A DNA stretch of 64,000 bases from Squalus acanthias (lineage: Eukaryota): positions 8,372,001 through 8,436,000 of the forward strand of contig CM059433.1 in the NCBI GenBank assembly GCA_030390025.1, read 5' to 3'. This document shows, piece by piece, positions 24,589-36,628 of this stretch. Position 1 is the first letter of the stretch. Each line of letters begins with the position of its first letter. Made by a program: the position numbers and the translations under genes. The notes below the pieces were generated by a model, which was not told the DNA's origin, made no database searches, and worked only from the letters and a program-made list of their open reading frames with translations.

Positions 24589-25638
24589 TTACCCTGTGCT
24601 CGCTGACCTACATTGGCTCCCGGTCCGGCAACGCCTCGATTTAAAAATTCTTGTTTTCAAATCCCTCCATGGCCTCGCCCCTATCTCTGTCATCTCCTCC
24701 AGCCCTACAACAACCCCCCGCCCCCGAGATATCTGCGCTCCTCCAATTCTGGCCTCTTGAGCATCCCTGATTATAATCGCTCAACCTTTGGTGGCCGTGC
24801 CGTCAGCTGCCAAGGCCCCGAGCTCTGGAATTCACTCCCTAAACCTCTACGCCTCTCTGCCTCTCTTTCCTCCTTTAAGACGCTCCTTAAAACCTACCTC
24901 TTTGACCAAGCATTTGGTCACCTGCCCTAATTCTTCTCTTCTTAGGCAGTCCCTCGGAACCGAGGATGACTTGCTTCCACATTAAAAACGAGTTCTCAGG
25001 TGACTGATGAGTCCAATGCGGGACCTACAGTCTCTGTCACAGGTGGGGCAGACGGTGGTTGAAGGGGCGGGTGGGTGGGGTGCTTGGGTTGACGTGCGCT
25101 CCTTGCGCTGTTTGCGCTTGGCTTCCGCTTGCTCCCGGCGAAGAGACTCGAGGTGTTTGGCTCCTTCCCGGATGCTTCTCCTCCACTTTCTGCGGTCTTG
25201 GGCCAGGGATTCCCAGGTGTCAGTGGGGATGTTGCACTTTTTCAAGGAGGCTTTGAGGGTGTCCTTGAAGCGTTTCCTCTGCCCACCTGGGGCTCTCCTG
25301 TCGTGTCAGAGCTCCGAGTAGAGTGCTTGTTTTGGGAGTCTCGTATCGGGCATGCGAACGATGTGACCTGTCCATCGGAGCTGATCGAGTGTGGTCAAAG
25401 CTTCGATGCTGGGGATGTTGGCCTGAGTGAGAACACTGACGTTGGTGCGCCTATCCTGCCAATGGATTTGCAGGATCTTGCAAAGGCAGCGTTGGTGGTA
25501 CCTCTCCAGTGCTTTGAGGTGCCTGCTGTACATGGTCCATGTCTCTGAAGCATACAGCAGGGCGGGTATCACTGCTGCTCTGTAGACCGTGAGCTTGGTG
25601 CCTTACATATCTCCTTATGTGGCTCGGTGTCAAATTTT
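24589..25638 (+). mobile_element. L2-clade LINE 3' end split by an RTE insertion
   Basis: PVLADLHWLP...FDQAFGHLP* up to 24930; 3' UTR resumes atatctccttatgtggctcggtgtcaaa at about 25608. Confidence 0.85.
24931..25605 (-). mobile_element. RTE-clade (BovB-like) LINE 3' end
   Basis: IPALLYASETWT...QLRWTGHIVRM...CRSRIGLISHLRT; closely similar to 547-1050. Confidence 0.9.
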
Positions 25639-26697
25639 AACAAGTATTTTCTACGTCCATCTGCCATTTACTTTAATTGAAGCACTTCTTTTAGAAAGGC
25701 GATGGAGGGGAATATTAAAAAATTGTTTTAAAAGACTTCTATGTGGTTTGAAAAGACAGGAGAAACGGGTACGAATGTTTATTGGGAAGTGCATTCATGT
25801 GTACATCTCATAAATTGTTCATCGCTAAAATTAAATTCCTATATGCATTCTGCATTCGCTGTACACAGGTAAACAAATCCCAGGTTTGTGCCTGTGTGCT
25901 GTTGTCCATAATTTAGTGGGCTAATTTGCACTCTTGTACCGTACAAAGGCAAACTGTGTTCTATATTGCTGCGTATATAACCCTGGAATATCTGCTGTGT
26001 GATATTATCGAACAAATCCTCACTGCTATTTATAAACGATTCCATCATGCGGACACTTTGGCCGCTCTTTCAACAGAAGCGATGACCTAATTATGTTACA
26101 ATAGCAGACGGAGGGAACTGATTTAAGCGTGCCGAGGACTCATATGATAATATTGCACCGTGTAATTTCCAGGCTATGGTTTTTTGTGAGCTTCTTATTA
26201 TTATGTGTTTATAAGCGCCCACGCTTGTGGGTTATACGTTGGGCTAATTGCACACAAATATACATCTGGGAGGATTCTGTGTGTCTGCAGTGTGTCTGGA
26301 AATACACATCGCGTGTAATGTGATGATGTCTCTCTAAACATGTCGGGACCATTTTCTTTATGCTGGACACACAAATATGATCCAACTGTACATTTGTAGT
26401 CAGCATGTACAGCACTCCAGACAAATTACTGCAGGAAGACAGGCCTGTCAGAGAAGAGCCTTTCAAGGCGGTGGAAAGGAATGTTAAAGGAGGTGATAAG
26501 TGTCTTTCGGATTATCCAGACGACAATGTGTAAAAAAAATACTGCTTCCTCCAGCCCTGCTCAAGGACATACACCAACCTTATAGCTCTGTGCCCAATGC
26601 TGCAATAATTCCGATGTGTCTCACATTAAAAATAATGTTCTTTAATACCAAAAGGTCATGGTAAGTTTTCCACGTTACTGCTGAAAATTCATTGGGA

Positions 26698-27745
26698 GGG
26701 GGGGAATATTAACCCCCCCCCCCCCCATGGCGAGGGTCGGAGGTTAAAAATTTAAAATTGAGTAGGCGTTTGACAAAGTACCACATAGAAGGGTTGAGGG
26801 GTGATTTGATAGAGGTGTACAAGATTATGACGGGTTTGGATAGGCTAGACGGGGAAAGGCTGTTCCCACTAGTTGATGGTACAAGGACTAGGGGACACAG
26901 ATTTAAGGTTTTGGACAAGAGATACAGGGGGGATGTGAGGAAAATCTTTTTTACGCAGCGAGTGGTGAGGACCTGGAACTCGCTACCGACGGAAGTGGCG
27001 GAAGCGGAGACACTCAATGTTTTCAAGGGGAGACTGGATCGGCACTTGAGGGAAATAAACTCGCAGGGCTACGGGGATAGAGCGGGGGAATGGGACTGAC
27101 TGGATTGCTCTACAGAGAGCTGGCACGGACTTGATGGGTCAAATGGCCTCCTTCTGTGCCATTATGACTCTATGACTATGACTCTAATGCGACCCCAACC
27201 CGCTGCATATGTGCCTGCCGCCATTTTTATGACAGTGAGTTGCGTGGTGTGCCCGTGTCTCATCTTCAGAGGCGGGACACTTCATTATAATAGTTATATC
27301 AGGCTCCCACTGTGCAGTTGGGAGCCTGCTTTAAACTTAAACTTTGGCCGGCCAGGTTTCCCAGGGCTCGGGAAACCCGGCAGCAAAGTAGAGACGGGAG
27401 CAGTCGCATCTAGCAGGTAAGTGATTTTTAGACCACTGCTCGTGGGCCAGGAGGAGCAGGAGTGCTTCCCCCCCACCCCGGCGCCTCGAACAAACCTTCT
27501 CCTACGATCAGCCCACCATCCCCACCATCTCTCACGGCCCCCTCTCCCTACCGATTGCCTGTCAGAACCCCCCCACCCCAATGAACCCCTGATCTTTCTT
27601 GTTGGCTTTCCTGCCCGGCAGCCTCTCAATCTGGCTGGCTGCTGGGCGAGAAACAGAGTTTGCAAATGATCGTGAGGTCCTGCCGTTAAATTCGGCAGGA
27701 CCTCCGCATTCCCAGGGATTTCCAGGTCCCCCGTTACAAATGTCC
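26698..27745. mobile_element. GC-rich MITE-like element interrupted by CR1
   Basis: Starts gggggggaatattaacccccc; GC-rich body with internal caggtaagt resembling the other MITEs; right end unclear. Confidence 0.4.
26770..27186 (+). mobile_element. CR1-clade LINE 3' end with an internal deletion
   Basis: tttgacaaagtaccacatagaag (FDKVPH) joins directly to LRGDLIEVYKIMTG; closely similar to 21570-22062. Confidence 0.9.
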
Positions 27746-28021
27746 CAATATAACCAACACCACTACTACATCAGGAAATTAGGTTATAAATTATATGGAT
27801 TTATGTGAAAACTGTGGAAATCGGCTGGGGATTTTCCCAATATCAAAATATCCTTTTCTACATGGTTAACGTTGAATAAAATAAATGCTATTTACAGGCT
27901 GTGAGATTCGAAATCAGTCCCAATCAGTGCAGCATTTCCAGTTAATTTGAAAAGTCCCAGATTATGTCCAGTTTGATCACCTGAGATACAGCATAGTCTC
28001 TCCCCAATAAGCAATTAAGCT

Positions 28022-28980
28022 GTGTCAGCTGTGGCTCAGTGGGTAGCACACTCGCCTCTTGAGTCAGAAGGTTCTGGGTTCACAATATCCACTCCAGGGA
28101 CTTGAGCACAAAAAGCTAGGCTGACACTCCAGTACAATGCTGAGGGAGCGCTGCACTGTCAGAGGGGCAGTACTGAGGGAGCGCCGCACTGTCGGAGGGG
28201 CAGTACTGAGGGAGTGCCACGCTGTCGGAGGGGCAGTACTGAGGGACGCCGCACTGTTGGAGGGGCAGTACTGAGGGACACCGCACTGTCAGAGGGGCAG
28301 TACTGAGGGAGCGCTGCACTGTCAGAGGGGCAGTACTGAGGGACGCCGCACTGTCGGAGGGGCAGTACTGAGGGACGCTGCACTGTCAGAGGGGCAGTAC
28401 TGAGGGAGCGCTGCACTGTCGGAGGGGCAGTACTGAGGGACGCTGCACTGTCGGAGGGGCAGTAGTGAGGGACACCGCACTGTCGGAGGGGCAGTACTGA
28501 GGGAGCGCTGCACTGTCGGAGGGGCAGTACTGAGGGAGCGCTGCACTGTTGGAGGGGCAGTACTGAGGGAGCGCTGCACTGTCAGAGGGGCAGTACTGAG
28601 GGAGCGCTGCACTGTCGGAGGAGCAGTACTGAGGGAGCGCTGCACTGTTAGAGGTGCCGTCTTTCGGATGAGGCATTAAACTGAGGCCCTGTCTGCACTC
28701 TCAGGTGGACGTAAAAGATCCCATGGCACTATTTCGAAGAAGAGCAGGGGAGTTATCCCCGGTGTCCTGGCCAATATTTATCCCTCAACCAACATCACTA
28801 AAACAGATTATCTGGTCATTATCACATTGCTGTTTGTGGGAGCTTGCTGTGTGCAAATTGGCTGCCGCGTTTCCCAGATTACAACAGTGACTCCACTTCA
28901 AAAAGTACTTCATTGGCTGTAAAGTGCTTTGATTCGTCTGGTGGTTGTGAAAGACGCTATATAAATGCAAGTCTTTCTTC
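28022..28980 (+). mobile_element. SacSINE1/DeuSINE-like SINE with an internal tandem expansion
   Basis: Intact head and tail flank a 33-bp array. Confidence 0.9.
28133..28653 (+). repeat. 33-bp minisatellite (ggggcagtactgagggagcgctgcactgtcgga), about 16 copies, some 32-bp variants
   Basis: Seen directly; 11-aa periodicity in the overlapping ORFs. Confidence 0.95.
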
Positions 28981-29404
28981 TAATCATGGCAGCAGTGCAT
29001 GAGGTTCCTCTGTATAAGCACACCACCAATTTCTCCATCCTTTCATAGGTTTCCCCACTGTCATCACGGATTGCTTGGTGAGTCTCCATCATCTGAGGCT
29101 GGAATAACAATATTAAAGGTAGGTGCTGTAATTGTTAACCTTTTGTCATCATGAATGATAAGATTGATGTGCCAGCGGGTGGTATAGTTGGGAATTGGGT
29201 CTGATCCATGGCAGTCAACTGTGCATTGATTTGCTCTCATAGTGCAGTTGGAAGAGGTTACACTCTCAGCCAATATATCCCCATTTATCCTGGTAACAGA
29301 GCTAATCCCAAGGAGCCTCAGATGCACCTTTTTCTCTGGTAATATGGGGTGGGGGGGGTGGGGAGGTGGCAATCCACAGTAATCTAGTGCATGCCCGTTA
29401 ATTA

Positions 29405-30198
29405 AAGAAAGACGAATTAACTTACATTTATACAGCACCTTTCATGATCTCAAGACGTCCCAAAGTGCTTTACAGCCAATGAAATACATTTGAATTGCAG
29501 TCACTGTTGTAATGTAGGAAATGCGGCAGTCAATTTTGCGCACAGCAAGCTCCCACAAGCAGCAATGTGATAATGACCAGATAATCTGTTTTAGTGATGT
29601 TGGTTGAAGGATAAATATTGGCCAGGAAACTGGAGAGAACCCCCCTGCTCTTCATCGAATATTGTCATGGGACAAAGCAGGCCGCTTGATTGGCACCCCA
29701 TCCACCACCTTAAACATTCACTCCCTCCACCACCGGCGCACCGTGGCTGCAGTGTGTACCATCTACAAGATGCACTGCAGCAACTCGCCAAGGCTTCTTT
29801 GGCAGCACCTCCCAAACCCGCGACCTCTTCCACCTAGAAGGACAAGGGCAGCAGGCGCATGGGAACACCACCACCTCCAAGTTCCCCACCAAGTCACACA
29901 CCATCCTGACTTGGAAGTATATCGGCCGTTCCTTCATCGTCGCTGGGTCAAAATCCTGGAACTCCCTCCCTAACAGCACTGTGGGAGCACCTTCACCACA
30001 CGGACTGCAGCAGTTCAAGAAGGCAGCTCACCACCACCTTCTCAAGGGGCAATTAAGGATGGGCAATAAATGCTGGCCTTGCCAGCGATGCCCACATCCC
30101 ATAAACGAATTAAAAAAAATTATACATTCACCTGAGGGGCCAGACTGGGCCTCGATTTAACGTTTCATCCAAAAGATGGCACCTCCAACGGTGCAGCA
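29405..30198 (-). mobile_element. SacSINE1/DeuSINE-like SINE interrupted by a LINE fragment
   Basis: SINE sequence at 29405-29669 resumes at about 30123. Confidence 0.8.
29670..30120 (+). mobile_element. CR1-like LINE (second family) 3' end
   Basis: DKAGRLIGTPSTTLNIHSLHHRRTVAAVCTIYKMHC; poly-A tail. Confidence 0.85.
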
Positions 30199-30461
30199 TT
30201 TTATTGCATTTATTTATTTATGTATTTATTTTCGTTGGTGATGTTGTTGTGAGGGGGGGTATGACACCTATATTGAAAAGACAAATGTCTCCTTTCCCTG
30301 TCAGCTTGATGAATCTGGAGGAGTGCAACCCCTAGCAGTGGAGCGGTGGGATGTGATTGAGTCGGCTAATAATGAGTGTGGGGAGGTGCATTTGTGTTGC
30401 CCACTGGCCTAGGGAGACTTGCATGCTGGCTGCTGGGATCGGATATGATACTTTATCGGGG

Positions 30462-30940
30462 ACGGTAGCATAGTGGTTATGTTACTGGACAAGTAAACCA
30501 CGAAGTCCTGGACTAATGATCTGGAGACGTGAGTTCAAATCCCATGCATGGCAGCTGGGGAATTTGAATTCAATTAATTAAATAAATCTGGAATAATAAT
30601 GCTCGTATCAGTAATGGTGACCATGAAACTACCAGATTGTTGTGATAAACCCAGCTGGTTCACTAATGTCCTTTAGGGAAGGAAATCTGCTGACCTATAT
30701 GTGATGTGGTTGACTCTTTAAACTGCCCTCTGAAATGGCCGAGCAAGCCACTCAGTTGTAATAAAACCACGATGAAAAACAAAATCCTGGAACTCCCTCC
30801 CTAACAGCACTGTGGGAGTACTTTGACTGCAGCGGTTCTAGAAGGTGGCTCACCACCACCACCACCTTCTCAAGGGCAACTAGGGATGGGCAATAAATGC
30901 TGGCCTTGCTGGCGATGCCCATGAATGAATTTAAAAAAAG
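30462..30940 (+). mobile_element. MetaSINE-like tRNA SINE with a LINE-derived tail
   Basis: A-box-like ggtagcatagtggtt, B-box gagttcaaatccc, central ggttcactaatgtcctttagggaaggaaatctgc; tail shared with 29670-30120. Confidence 0.7.
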
Positions 30941-31332
30941 ATTCACTTTCATATTGGTGGATTCATATTCAATTACTGGTGGTGAACAAAGCCAAATTTC
31001 AAACCAAATCCCACAAAAAAATCAAAGTCTCATTCCTAAAACTCAGTTTTATTGTAATGAATATTTCACGTATATGAAAGGCATGATTGCTACAGTGAGG
31101 GTTCATTGACTGTTGTCTTGCAGCCATTTTGTTTGAGGCCATTTTGAGTATTGATTATAGTCAATTTTCCGCCTTGTGTAACAATTAAAAGGAAAACATT
31201 CATCCCAATTGATAGAACATTAATGAAGCATAGTTAATAGATGCGTATCAAAAATCACAGTAATTTAAGATTTTGCATAGAGCAGAGATGACCCACTACT
31301 TGAAATAGGGAATGGTTGTTTTCTATTTAATG

Positions 31333-32681
31333 TAATTATATAGGGCCCTGGTGAGACCACACCTGGAGTATTGTGTACAGTTTTGGTCTCCTTACCTAAA
31401 GAAGGATATACTTGCCATAGAGGGAGTGCAATGAAGGTTCACCAGACTGATTCCTGGAATGGGGGGATTGTCCTATGAGGGCAGATTGAGTAGACTAGGC
31501 CTATATTCTCTAGAGTTTAGAAGAATGAGAGGTGATCTCATTGAAACATACAAAATTCTTACAGGGCTTGACAGGGTAGATGCAGGGAGGATGTTTCCCC
31601 TGGCTGGGGAGTCTAGAACCAGGGGTCACAGTCTTAGAATAAGGTGTCGGCCATTTAGGACTGAGATGAGGAGAAATTTCTTCACTCAGAGGGGGAAAAA
31701 TTCAGCTGCTTGCGCCTCCCGTTAGCGCCTTAAATGGGCGCTAATGGGGCGTAAAGCAGCTAACGCCCGGGCGCAGCGCCGCCCACGCCTCCCGAAAAAT
31801 TTAGTGGGAGGTTAGCGGCGGCGGCAGCCGGTAGCGCCCTGTGGCGCTGCGCCGCCGGCGATGACGTCATCGCCGTGCGCAGCGCCCCGCTCGCGCCCCG
31901 GCCGTGATCTTCAGTCGCGCCCCCTGATTTACCGCCAGACGCTATGTCCGACGGGTTCAGGGGGGCGTACGTGCGGCCGGGGCGGCGATATTTAAAGGGG
32001 AGGTGGCAGGCGGCCATTTTTGTTGCTGGCCGCCTGCCAGCACCTGCCCCCGTTGCTGTCCCCGGCCCCCGTGAAGCCCCCCCACCGTGAAGTGCCGGCT
32101 GCGCTCCAAGAGCCCGGCACTTCTCTTGTGTGCCGGGCTCTTTTGCCGGCACTCCCGATCCCTGGGAGCCCAGCTGGGCCCCGGTTCGCGCTGCGCAAGG
32201 CCCCTCCCCTTTAAGAAGGGGAGGAAGGCCTGCAATACCGCGGCGCGACGTGCCGCAGCGCGTGGCGCTGCGGCACGTAGCGCCAGGATATTCACTCGCA
32301 GCGCCCCAAGAGGGATGCGGGGTGCTTCCAGTTGCGACCCGCTTCCCTCTTGGGGCGCAACCACTGAAGTTCCGGCGCGGGGCCGCTAATTTTTTCGGGG
32401 CGCTAAAAGTCGCGCCCCGGCGAGGTTAGCGCCCCAAATGGAGCGCGACTCAATTTTTACCCCAGAGGGTGGTGAATCTTTGGAATTCTCTACCCCAAAG
32501 GGCTGTGGAGGCTCAGTCATTGAGTATATTCAAGACAGAAATCGATAGATTTTTGAATATTAAGGGAATCAAGGGATATGGGGATAGTGCAGGAAAGTGG
32601 AGATGAGATAGAAGATCAGCCATGATCTTATTGAAGGGCCAAATGGCCTACTCCTGCTCCTATTTCTTATGTCCTTATGTT
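31333..32681 (+). mobile_element. CR1-clade LINE 3' end split by a MITE
   Basis: LGLYSLEFRRMRGDLIETYKIL...NFFTQR|MITE|RVVNLWNSLP. Confidence 0.9.
31691..32463. mobile_element. GC- and CpG-rich Harbinger-type MITE
   Basis: TIR gggggaaaaatt / aatttttacccc; TSD AGA at 31688-31690 and 32464-32466; removing it restores the CR1 sequence. Confidence 0.9.
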
Positions 32682-33272
32682 ATTTTTCATGATGGTGGCC
32701 AATTTAAGTCTGTGCAAATACTGAAGAGTGGAATTAAACGGAGGTTAAATAATAAGGTTGAGTCTGAGTTTATTTAAATTTGTATTTTTTTTTGCTGGAT
32801 TGATAAGTATGCTGAGAAAATATGAAAAAGTACAAAAAGTCTTTAAAAAGTGGAATCCATATAAAACCACGTCCACTGTTTTGCTGAGCAGCCCTCCTTA
32901 TAACTTGGTTTATTGTTTATTTAATCCTGGCTGAAGGAGCTCAGTCAAGGATTCTAGTGGAGCTCAAACCTGAATAAGATGAACCTCTGACCAATGAATG
33001 GTCCTTGGACCTTCACCAAACACTTCCACCTGGATTTTCCTCCACTGCCCCACAAATCGGGTGGGGTAGCAGCCGACACACTGGGGGAAAAATCGGACAG
33101 CAGCATTCCCTAGGGTAGTGGTGGGGAGGCCCCAGACTGCAAGAGTAGAGGGTGAGGGCCTTGTCACGGCCTCCTCGCCCTCCAATTCAGCTTCAGATAC
33201 CGACCTTTGTAGGGCTCGATCTCAGCCAAGGCTATCTACTTCTTTGGTGCGGAGATGACTGGGGTGGACAAA

Positions 33273-33530
33273 TGTGAGAAGTCACACAACACCAGGTTAT
33301 AGTCCAACAGCTTTATTTGAAATCACAAGCTTTCGGAGCGGCTGCTCCTTCGTCAGGTGAAGTGAAGAGATGCATATAGGCACAGCATATATAGTCAGAG
33401 AACACTGCCAGATGATTACAGTTAATCTTTCTAACTGCCCTTTATCACACCTCGGCAGAGAGACAATCACGGCAATCAAAGGTGTGGATGGTGTCCAAAC
33501 AGGTCAGTCAGGAAAACATTACATCAAAGA
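33273..33530 (-). mobile_element. Penelope-like element 3' terminal region (second family)
   Basis: Contains a hammerhead followed by aaataaagctgttggactataacctggtgttgtgtgacttct. Confidence 0.7.
33323..33360 (-). ncRNA. Minimal type I hammerhead ribozyme, intact core
   Basis: UCAC-CUGACGA-A-GGAGC-agcc-GCUCC-GAAA-GCUU-GUGA: stem I UCAC/GUGA, stem II 5 bp, palindromic AAGCUU at stem III. Confidence 0.8.
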
Positions 33531-33662
33531 CAATGAGGCAGATGCTGGGGTCTGTACGGAAAACAAAAAACTTTTTTTGCTGGAAATCACAGCAGGTCCG
33601 GCCGCATCTGTGTAGAGAGAACAAACCAACGACGACTCGAGTCTGGATGACTCTACGTCTTC
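33531..33662 (-). mobile_element. PLE-associated repeat (family of 1-255) with a decayed hammerhead
   Basis: Minus strand: gacgtagagtcatccagactcgag...ctctctacacagatgcggccggacctgctgtgatttccagca. Confidence 0.55.
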
Positions 33663-34479
33663 TTTGGGGCACTGTCACCCCTTCAAGAGCTCTCTTGCCT
33701 CTGCTGCAGCCCCAGCCCGACATTCCTGGGAACCATTGGTGGGCGGGAATCCCACAAGGAGCCCGCCATAACGGTCTAATGACCTGCAACCCAGGGAAAT
33801 GGGCCTGATCATGATCCGGTTGGGGTGGGGTGGAAAAAAATAAATCCAGTGCCCAAGGTTTTAATAAGGCTATTTCATTTTTTTTGGTAATTATCAATAA
33901 AGTTCCCTTTTTTAACTTGTAATTTACCGAGGGAAAATCTTCATCTGGAATAATTGAACTTTAAACAGCTAAGTTTAGAGTGAAGACCTACCAGCAGAAT
34001 ATCAGGACATGACAATAAGTCGATTCTGTACTGTGGCTCCTATCCAGTTTTCAACATAGGAATGTCAATCTGTGGAATGTACGAGGTTGGGTGAATACTG
34101 TTAAATTGATATTTTATTCAATTACCCTCTAGGTCAGAGAGGAATTTCACAGTTTTACCTTCTTTAAGCCTTTACTTTTTTTCATGCTTCCCTCAGGATA
34201 TTAACCACTGGAGCGCTACTAATGAGATAACATGTTTTGGCAGCGTTCGCCTGCCCGTGTTTCTGTTGAATTTTCTCATCGGGACAATTTAAATTTCCAA
34301 ATGTCATCCCAATGTCAGCATAGTAACCTGAGTGACCAGGCCAAATGGCATGGTTCAGTCTCTAGACTGGTGCAGAAGGACAGCTCTTAGAGCCAGAGAT
34401 TGATTAAAATAATACTTACATTTGGATAGCACCTCACCATGTCACAATGCGGCGCAGGAGTTCCCTGCTTTTGACTGTT

Positions 34480-34808
34480 AGAGTCACAGAGTCATAGAGT
34501 TATACAGCACAGAAAGAGGCCCTTTGGCCCATCGTGTCTGCGCCGGCAATCAAGCCCTGCCTATTCTAATCCCATTTTCCAGCACTTGGTCCGTAGCCTT
34601 GTATGCTATGGCGTTTCAAGTGCTCATCTAAATGCTTCTTGAATGTTGTGAGGGTTCCTGCCTCTACCACCCTTTCAGGCAGTGAGTTCCAGATTCCAAC
34701 CACCCTCTGGGTGAAAAAGTTTTTCCTCAAATCCCCTCTAAACCTCCTGCCCCTTACCTTGAAACTATGCCCCCTGGTTATTGACCCCTCTACTAAGGGG
34801 AAAAGTTC
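34480..34808 (-). mobile_element. CR1-clade LINE 3' end
   Basis: LFPLVEGSITRGHSFKV...FFTQRVVGIWNSLP. Confidence 0.9.
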
Positions 34809-35107
34809 CATTGTGCCATAGCAACATCCCACAAAGAGCAGTGAGATCAATGAAGAGTTTGCGGCCTAGAAATTGGATAAGGTGCCCAAAATGGCAGGCA
34901 GTGCGCGTTAAGCGCCTTCTGCGGCGGAGGTGTGCCGCTCGCCATATCGGTATAGGCATCAAAAGAGGCGCCCAGGGCCGTACCTGAAACAGGCGTTAGG
35001 TCCTTTACGTCTGCAAACAAGAGGCCCCCTTTACTAAATTGGTTTGTCCTAAACGTAGCCGACACCGGCACACGTTGTGTTTGATAAAACATTGATGACA
35101 ACGAGTC

Positions 35108-35572
35108 GGGTAGCATAGTGGTTATGTTACTGGGCTAATAATCCGGTCAACATGAGTCCAAATCCCACCGCGGCAGCTGGGGAATTTAAATTTAGTTAAT
35201 TAAATAAATCTGTTTTTTTAGAATAAAAAAAGCTAGTATCAGTAATGCTGACCATGAAACTATCGGATTGTTGTAAAAACCCATCTGGTTCACTAATATC
35301 CTTCAGGGAAAGAAATCTGCTGTCCTTACCCGGTCTGGCCTATATGTGACTCCAGACCCACAGCAATGTGGTTGACTCTTAACTGCCCCTCTGAAATGGC
35401 CTAGCACACACTCAGTTGTAAAAACACCGCTACGAAAAACAATAAGCACTGTGGGAGTACCTTCACCACACAGACTGCAGCGGTTCAATCACCTCAAGGA
35501 GCAACTAGGGATGGGCAATAAATTCTCGCCTTGCCATCGATGCCCACATCCCATGAACGAATAAAAAAAAAA
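35108..35572 (+). mobile_element. MetaSINE-like SINE, apparently nested in a GC-rich MITE-like sequence (about 34865-35820)
   Basis: Same family as 30462-30940; poly-A end. Confidence 0.7.
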
Positions 35573-35864
35573 CATGCGGCCTAATCAGAGGTCCTTAAAA
35601 AGGCCGTTGGAAGTCGTCACCGAAAAAGGTAAGATTTGTAAAGTATACTGACCCGAAGGTGGAGTCAGGAGTTACAGGAGTGTTCCTCCCGGCTACCCTG
35701 CAGCTCCGATGACCATTGCCGTCCCCTCCGATCACCCCTCCTCCCTCTCCCGGTCACTGTGCCCACCACCTCCCCCACCCCCCCAACCTCCTGATTGTTT
35801 CCCCCCCATCACCCAGTCCAGACTACAAGGGAATGCAATTGTTACATCCCTGGGTTATTCTATT

Positions 35865-36628
35865 GGGCCAGAAATTCGGCTCTCCGGCTTCCTGCGGGTG
35901 CAAGCATCGCGCGCGTACTTACCTACTGCGCCTGCCGTTGTGCTTTGGGCCCACAAGGACTTCGGCTCCTGGGCCTCCTCCAGCTGCCGGCGCGCAGTGC
36001 TTGCGTATCCCAGGGGCGCAGTTAGTTCGAAGCGTCCCCTGGGATCACGTGGGCCCTGGAGAGCCAATCCTAACAGGGCATTTTCATTCATAGATTTGAC
36101 AGGAAGACCTGTCAAATCTATGAATAGAGATCGACCCCAAAACCACACTTAAACTTCAAATAATTTTTTTTTTTAAATCACATTTTTAAAATAACTATAA
36201 GTTACATAAATTAACTACTTTAAACAAAAATTTAAATTTTTGAAAAAATTAATTATACTTTTTAACGGTGCTAAAAATAAACTTACCTTTCTTTAAAGTA
36301 TGTAAAAAAGATAAACCTGTTGAAAAAATGTTTAAATTGTAATTAGTTAACCACTTACCTTGTTAAAAACAGGCCTTGCGCCTCCTTTTTAAAAGTGCAG
36401 CTTCTCCATACTTACCCTCACGGAGAAACCTGAAAAAAAAAACAAAGTTCGCTGCGTGCGCGCAGCCTCTCCCGCGCACGCGTTCGACTTCTGAACCCCT
36501 TCCTTCAGGGGAACGGAAGTTCCGGTTTCCCGCGCATGCGCAGTGCGTGCGTGAAACCGGCACTTCAGGTGGCCTTACGGGTGAGGACACAGCGCGTACT
36601 CACCCGACAAGAGCCGAATTTCCGGCCC
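35865..36628. mobile_element. Harbinger-type MITE
   Basis: 19-bp TIR gggccagaaattcggctct / agagccgaatttccggccc (1 mismatch); TSD ATT. Confidence 0.9.

Noticed and set aside
28116..28676. Repeat array resembling a CRISPR locus or a repetitive protein
   Set aside because: Head-to-tail tandem units with no unique spacers, no cas genes, eukaryotic context, and derived from SINE sequence.
31760..32429. Cluster of GC-rich ORFs, or a CpG-island promoter
   Set aside because: Lies inside a TIR- and TSD-bounded MITE; the ORFs reflect stop-codon scarcity at high GC.
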